DNA of 24,000 nt, taken from NCBI GenBank assembly GCA_022340665.1, contig JAJDNM010000049.1, positions 6,633-30,632 on the forward strand. Reading direction: 5' to 3'. The DNA is from Acidobacteriota bacterium. GTDB lineage: Bacteria > Acidobacteriota > Thermoanaerobaculia > Thermoanaerobaculales > Sulfomarinibacteraceae. Below are positions 19,287 through 24,000 of this stretch, in pieces. A program made the translations under genes and the position numbers. The number at the start of each line of letters is the position of its first letter. The stretch's first letter is position 1. Below the pieces are notes generated by a model that was given only the letters and a program-made list of their open reading frames with translations, did no database searches and was not told where the DNA came from.

Positions 19287-19390
19287 GAATTCGGAATTCG
19301 GATTTCGGAATTCGGAATGCCCGTCGTACCAACAGTAAGGCCGGGGGTGGGCGGGAATTCAGAATTCCGACTTCAGAATTCCGAATTTCC
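19287..19390. repeat. GAATTC-rich inverted short-period repeat pair around ~35-nt core
   Basis: Left arm CAGAATTCGGAATTCGGATTTCGGAATTCGG (19286-19317), right arm GGAATTCAGAATTCCGACTTCAGAATTCCGAATTTCC (19354-19390). Confidence 0.85.
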
Positions 19391-19497
19391 ATCCTCGGGC
19401 GCGAACAGTTCCGATTGACACCCCAATCCGCCGACCCCTATACTCGCTGTCCGCCATTTGGCGATTGATCTTTGCAAACAGTGAGTGGACTCCCAGT

Positions 19498-19574
<77 letters not shown>

Positions 19575-19604
19575 TATGACTCCAATACCCCGCTCTGGAC
19601 ACCT

Positions 19605-19681
<77 letters not shown>

Positions 19682-19702
19682 ATACCGCATCACGAAATTG
19701 TG

Positions 19703-19778
19703 GTGGGCGTAGCTCAGTTGGTAGAGCACAGGATTGTGGCTCCTGTGGTCGTGGGTTCGATCCCCATCGCTCACCCCA
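19703..19778 (+). tRNA. tRNA-His (anticodon GTG)
   Basis: Acceptor GTGGGCG/CGCTCAC, discriminator C with G at -1 (19702), anticodon arm CAGGA-TTGTGGC-TCCTG, encoded CCA. Confidence 0.97.
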
Positions 19779-19785
19779 GATATTT

Positions 19786-19862
19786 GCGCCCGTAGCTCAG
19801 CTGGATAGAGCGATAGCCTCCGGAGCTATAGGTCATGGGTTCGAATCCCGTCGGGCGTACCA
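19786..19862 (+). tRNA. tRNA-Arg (anticodon CCG)
   Basis: Acceptor GCGCCCG/CGGGCGT (G1-U72), anticodon arm ATAGC-CTCCGGA-GCTAT, TTCGAAT T-loop, encoded CCA. Confidence 0.95.
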
Positions 19863-19871
19863 ATTGTCCTT

Positions 19872-19898
19872 GGCCTCCCATTCCGGGAGGCCTTTTTT
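19872..19898 (+). terminator. Rho-independent terminator of the tRNA cluster
   Basis: GGCCTCCC-ATTCC-GGGAGGCC followed by TTTTTT. Confidence 0.93.
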
Positions 19899-20072
19899 GG
19901 GTCGAACACACCGTCGGCTGCGGCATGTGGCCGTAGCCGAGGGGGTCTTCGAGAGGGAGGATGGGAGGTCTTTTCGCTCGAATCGAATTGCGCGTCGCAG
20001 CAGATGCATCATGAAAAATGCGGGTTAGACTGACACGGGGCGAAGCTGGAGGTGCTGCGGGTGTCCGGAATC

Positions 20073-20522
20073 ATGGCATGGGTCAGCGAATACGAGGGCC
20101 TCCTGCAGTGGCTTGGAGGCCTGTCGCTACTCCTGTTCGTGGCGACCTTGGTCATATTCCCGCTGATCATCATTCAGCTGCCGGCTGATTACTTCATCCG
20201 CGATTGTCGGGACCCTGCTTATCAGTCGCGGCGCCACCCCGCCGTGTGGTTCACTCTGATGGTGCTCAAAAACCTGCTCGGCGTGGCGTTGATCCTCGCA
20301 GGTCTCGCCATGCTGGTGCTCCCGGGCCAGGGCCTGTTGACAATCCTGATCGGGCTGACCCTGGTCAACTTCCCGGGCAAGTTCGCTCTCGAGCGCCGGA
20401 TGGTCAGGCGCCCCCGGGTGTCGAAGACGCTGAACCGGATTCGCGCCAGAGCAGGAAAACCACCGCTCGAGATCCCTCCGTCCGACGATCAGTGCGACGA
20501 GCCAGGGAATGGGTCGGATTGA
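20073..20522 (+). CDS. PGPGW-like putative transmembrane protein
   Basis: Hydrophobic helices and conserved LAGLAMLVLPGQGLLTILIGLTLVNFPGKFALERRMVRRP. ORF extends to 20052 (alternative start MLRVSGIMAW). Confidence 0.7.
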   Translation: MAWVSEYEGLLQWLGGLSLLLFVATLVIFPLIIIQLPADYFIRDCRDPAYQSRRHPAVWFTLMVLKNLLGVALILAGLAMLVLPGQGLLTILIGLTLVNFPGKFALERRMVRRPRVSKTLNRIRARAGKPPLEIPPSDDQCDEPGNGSD

Positions 20523-21958
20523 TGAACAGTCTGCAGATGATCCATCTCCAGCCCAGGGCTCCTCGACGGGCATTGCCGGTTGTTGCCCTCTTGGCAGCCC
20601 TTGTGGCTTGGCAGACCGCCTGCATCGATGACGGTGGCCCGCCGCCACCGCCCGACATTCTGCTGATCACCATCGACACGTTGCGGGCCGACGCCCTTGC
20701 AGCCTACGGCGCGATTGACACCGTGACCCCGAATGCCGTGCGGCTGGCCGAAAAGGGTGTGCTCTACGAGGCCGCGACCACGCCCATGCCCTTGACCCGA
20801 CCCGCGCACGCATCGATTCTTACCGGGTTGTACCCGGACCAACACGGGGTTTTGACCAACCATCAGATCCTGTCCGGCGAAGTGGAAACGGTCGCTGAGA
20901 CCCTGCGCGATTTCGGATACCAAACTGGCGGCTTCACAGGTGTGGGACTGCTCAACCAGAGATCCGGCCTCGCCCAGGGATTCGACGCCTTTGTGGCGCC
21001 GACCGGGAAGAAGACGCCGCGCGCGAAGGAGGTGGTAGACCGCGCCGTCGCGTGGCTTCGCGGAGCCGATCCGGCAACTCCGCTCCTGCTCTGGGTACAC
21101 GTCTACGACCCGCATCAGCCCTACAACCCGCTGCCCAAGTTCCGCCGCGACATCGACCCGGAACAGGAGCGCCGCATCCCCGACATCCGTTGGAATACGC
21201 TCAATCGGATCGCGAAGCAGAACGATCACGAAGTCCCTGGAGAAGTGCTGGACCTGGCCCTGGACTACTACCGTTTCGAGGTCGAGTACACCGATTTCTG
21301 GATCGGTCGCCTGATGCAGAACTTCGACCGAATTCGTGCATCGCGCCGTTCGATGGTGATCCTCACGGCGGATCACGGTGAGTGCTTCGAGAACGGCTAC
21401 TACTTCGAGCATGCCGACTGCCTCGGCGAAGGGGCCCTGTGGGTGCCCCTGATCATCCGCTATCCGGACGGCGTCGGAGCCGGCCTCAGGGTGGAACGAC
21501 GTGTCAGCAACCTCGACATCACGCCGACAATTCTGCACGAGCTGTCGATTCCGATCCGCGAGCGTCTCGCCGGCCTGCCTCTCCAGCGGGAGGGCAGCGG
21601 CGATCGGGACCGGACCGTTCTGGTCCGGCCACCCGAGGTCCACAACAAGGATCGAGTGCCGACGCGGCTTCGCGTCATCCGAAGGGTAGCCGGCGACCCG
21701 GTTGCTCCGGCGACCGATCCCCGCACTCGAGGGGTCGTGGATCTAAGGTGGAAGTTCCTGCGGACACCCGACACGGAACACCTGTTCCGGCTGCCGGATG
21801 AGAGGGTCAACAGGATCTCGACAGAGACGGACGCTCGCGATCGCATGTCGCGGGCTCTCGAGACCGAGATGCGGAGGTATCCGCCCGAGAGTATCGCCGA
21901 GGAAGACCTGGATCCGGAGACCCTCGAGGCGCTTGAGGCTCTGGGTTACGTGCGGTGA
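20522..21958 (+). CDS. Sulfatase-like alkaline-phosphatase-superfamily lipoprotein
   Basis: Start MNSLQMIH overlaps previous stop; lipobox-like AWQTAC; DILLITIDTLRADALAAYG (metal site), TPMPLTRPAHASILTGLYPDQHGV, LLWVHVYDPHQPY, MVILTADHGECF. Confidence 0.85.
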   Translation: MNSLQMIHLQPRAPRRALPVVALLAALVAWQTACIDDGGPPPPPDILLITIDTLRADALAAYGAIDTVTPNAVRLAEKGVLYEAATTPMPLTRPAHASILTGLYPDQHGVLTNHQILSGEVETVAETLRDFGYQTGGFTGVGLLNQRSGLAQGFDAFVAPTGKKTPRAKEVVDRAVAWLRGADPATPLLLWVHVYDPHQPYNPLPKFRRDIDPEQERRIPDIRWNTLNRIAKQNDHEVPGEVLDLALDYYRFEVEYTDFWIGRLMQNFDRIRASRRSMVILTADHGECFENGYYFEHADCLGEGALWVPLIIRYPDGVGAGLRVERRVSNLDITPTILHELSIPIRERLAGLPLQREGSGDRDRTVLVRPPEVHNKDRVPTRLRVIRRVAGDPVAPATDPRTRGVVDLRWKFLRTPDTEHLFRLPDERVNRISTETDARDRMSRALETEMRRYPPESIAEEDLDPETLEALEALGYVR

Positions 21959-21965
21959 CGCACCC

Positions 21966-22634
21966 TCACGAACGCCGACGCTGCCTGGGACCTGGAGTCG
22001 CGCGTTTCAGGGTCTGCAACAGCACGCGACCGGGCCCCGTCAGTCGGGTCATGAAGAATCCTTCGCCTCCGAAGGCCATCCGCCGAAAGCCGGCCACGCC
22101 CTGGATATCGTAATCAACGGACTCGGCGAAGGCCGCGAGACTGCCGGTCGATATCAGCAACGATTCACCTTCGGAAAGTTTTCGCTCGATGAAATCGCCA
22201 GAGCCATGCACCAACACCGTGCCCGAGCCTGAAATCTGCTGCAAAAAGAGCCCGGCACCGCCAAAGAATGCCGCGCCGGCCCGCCTGGAGACACGGACAT
22301 CGATATCGACCCTGGGCCCAAATGCACAGACAAACGATCCACGGGTCGTAATCACAGGCCCCTCATCGAGGTTCCAGGCGACAATCTTCCCGGGTTGGTT
22401 GGCTGCAAGGGTTGCGCGCTGCCCATCGGCGGAGGCTGTGACTGAAATCAGAGCAAGCCCCTCACCCGACATCATGCGGCGCATCGCACCGCTCGCCCCG
22501 CCCGGGATCTTGAGCGTCCATCCGAGTCCGGGATCCATGGCGACTATAGAGCCCTTGCTCGCCCAACAGGTTTCGTCGTTCTCCATCACCAAATCTGCAA
22601 CCTGGGCCAGTTCGCCGTGGATGGTGTACTGCAT
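21966..22634 (-). CDS. AIM24 / TIGR00266-like family protein
   Basis: Start MQYTIHGELAQVADLVMENDETCWASKGSIVAMDPGLGWTLKIPGG...GEGLALISVTASADGQRATLAANQPGKIVAWNL...GSGTVLVHGSGDFIERKLSEGESLLISTGSLAAF. SD-like GGGGGAAGCG upstream. Confidence 0.82.
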   Translation of the reverse strand: MQYTIHGELAQVADLVMENDETCWASKGSIVAMDPGLGWTLKIPGGASGAMRRMMSGEGLALISVTASADGQRATLAANQPGKIVAWNLDEGPVITTRGSFVCAFGPRVDIDVRVSRRAGAAFFGGAGLFLQQISGSGTVLVHGSGDFIERKLSEGESLLISTGSLAAFAESVDYDIQGVAGFRRMAFGGEGFFMTRLTGPGRVLLQTLKRATPGPRQRRRS

Positions 22635-22718
22635 TCGCTTCCCCCTGGGTTCATCGGGCCACAACAGATCAACCGCTGCCTGATCGTTATACTCCGCCCG
22701 TCGGAGGGTATTCCAGTT

Positions 22719-22952
22719 GTGATCAGTCCTGAACCTTTCGAACGATATCTCTCGGTACTGGGAATCAAGCAGGGGGAACCCACCCTGGATCGCCGCGTGC
22801 TCACCGAGTCGCCTCCGAACGGAGCCACGACCAGAACCCTCGCCAACAGGTCCGAGCTCGCCGCAGCGATCGAGTACCACTGCGGTATCGAATACGAGAT
22901 CGTCCTCGAATTGATCGCCGATGTCGCCCGCGAGAGCGACATCTACAGCTGA
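22719..22952 (+). CDS. Small hypothetical protein (GTG start)
   Basis: In-frame part of ORF 22617..22952; GTG at 22719 with GGAGGG upstream; translation (V/M)ISPEPFERYLSVLGIKQGEPTLDRRVLTESPPNGATTRTLANRSELAAAIEYHCGIEYEIVLELIADVARESDIYS, with strong G/C bias at third codon positions. Confidence 0.6.
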   Translation: MISPEPFERYLSVLGIKQGEPTLDRRVLTESPPNGATTRTLANRSELAAAIEYHCGIEYEIVLELIADVARESDIYS

Positions 22953-23064
22953 ATACTGCGCGCCGCGCTCTTCCTGGCGAGACAGATCAACTGCGAATAT
23001 GTAGAATCACCGAACCTAAAGGCAAACGTGAACCAGAACGACTCGACGAAAGGAGGAGTCAGAT

Positions 23065-24000
23065 ATGAAGGGTCTCATGTGGCTGGGGGTGCTCGGGCTC
23101 GTGTTGCTGTGCCTGCTCTGCCCCTGGTGTCGAGCTCCGGCGATTGAAGATGACGTACGGAGCGCTGCAACGTCGTGTGCGGTAGACGCCGGGCTGGATC
23201 CCGCAATGATCTCGGTATCCGGTCGCGACGTCACACTTTCCGGCACGGTCGCATCGGAGGCGGTCGCCCAAAGTCTCACGAACTGCATCGATGAGTTCGA
23301 AGGCACTCGCAAAATCAATAATGAGCTGACGGTCCTGGTCCCCGGCGCTCTCGGGTTTCAGACTCGGTATGGTGACGTGACGATTTCGGGTGTTGCGCCG
23401 ACAGCCGAGGTGCGCAGCGCGATCATCGACGAAGCGGTTGCCCTGTGGGGGGCTGAAAATGTTACAGACAGGCTCGAGGCCGACCCGACCCGAACCGTCG
23501 GCGGTTGGACAGACGACGACTTCGCGCAGTTCCTGGCCGCTCTGCACCATTATCGGAAAGACCTCGACATCGAGCTGACGAATGGTCAGGCGATCATCTC
23601 AGGCACGGTTCTGAGCGAACTCGCGAAGGAACGGGTGCTGGGTGGTGCCACCACCCTCCTGCCCGAGTTCGAGATTGTCGACCGGCTGACGATTCGCGAG
23701 CCGACTGACGATCGCGAAGCGCTCCAGGCCAGCCTGGACACCCTGCTTACCGGTAAGACGGTCGAGTTCGAAACCGACAGCGCGAATCTGACGGCACAGG
23801 GCCGAAAGGTCCTCGACGAGGTCATCACCATTTTGCGCAAGTACCCGGGCCGGGTGGAGATATCAGGCCACACCGACTCCACCGGCCAGATGGACCACAA
23901 TCTCGATCTCAGCCGGCGCCGGGCGGAGGCCGTCAAACGGTACTTCGTGGCCAAAAGAATCAAAGAGTCCCGGTTCGAAACCTTTGGTTACGGACCGACG
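23065..24000 (+). CDS. BON-like repeats plus C-terminal OmpA/peptidoglycan-associating domain (partial, runs off the window)
   Basis: Open frame from ATG 23065 (SD AGGAGGAG) to window end: signal/TM segment, DVTLSGTVASEAVAQSLTNCI, DVTISGVAPTAEVRSAIIDEA, AIISGTVLSELAKERVLGGA, then LTGKTVEFETDSANLTAQGRKVLDEVITILRKYPGRVEISGHTDSTG...NLDLSRRRAEAVKRYFV. Confidence 0.88.
   Translation, partial: MKGLMWLGVLGLVLLCLLCPWCRAPAIEDDVRSAATSCAVDAGLDPAMISVSGRDVTLSGTVASEAVAQSLTNCIDEFEGTRKINNELTVLVPGALGFQTRYGDVTISGVAPTAEVRSAIIDEAVALWGAENVTDRLEADPTRTVGGWTDDDFAQFLAALHHYRKDLDIELTNGQAIISGTVLSELAKERVLGGATTLLPEFEIVDRLTIREPTDDREALQASLDTLLTGKTVEFETDSANLTAQGRKVLDEVITILRKYPGRVEISGHTDSTGQMDHNLDLSRRRAEAVKRYFVAKRIKESRFETFGYGPT

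Noticed and set aside
18474-19390. Possibility that rph plus flanking AT repeats is a mobile cassette
   Set aside because: No transposase, the two repeats differ in length and sequence, and rph is a core gene; kept only as separate repeat findings.
20204-20521. N-terminal extension of the sulfatase-like ORF
   Set aside because: Overlaps the PGPGW-like gene in another frame and lacks a signal sequence; the start at 20522 gives a proper lipoprotein signal peptide.

Overview
This is mainly a housekeeping window from a GC-rich bacterium; the gene content is compatible with Acidobacteriota or a similar phylum, but that is an inference. The minus strand carries an 11-gene respiratory complex I operon (nuoA-B-C-D-H-I-J-K-L-M-N, with no nuoE/F/G). 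It is followed in the same orientation by F-ATPase genes (AtpZ-like, AtpI-like, partial atpB). Directly upstream of nuoA is a solo IS200-like/TnpA_REP transposase inside a cluster of REP-like palindromes, including ~57-bp imperfect inverted arms. Further along are comM/yifB, tmRNA (ssrA), an N-acetylmuramoyl-L-alanine amidase plus GerMN pair, a beta-barrel-like outer-membrane protein, rph (RNase PH), a four-tRNA cluster (Pro, Arg, His, Arg) with a terminator, a PGPGW-like membrane protein, an alkaline-phosphatase-superfamily (sulfatase-like) lipoprotein with Thr at the usual Cys/Ser nucleophile position, an AIM24-like gene, a small ORF missed by the AIM24-antisense ORF call, and a truncated BON/OmpA-like protein. 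I found no CRISPR array, prophage or obvious defence island. The items most worth a second look are the REP/transposase array in the nuo leader, three AT-rich short-period repeat elements (two with an arm-core-inverted-arm layout), two dyads upstream of ssrA, and the BON-OmpA protein.
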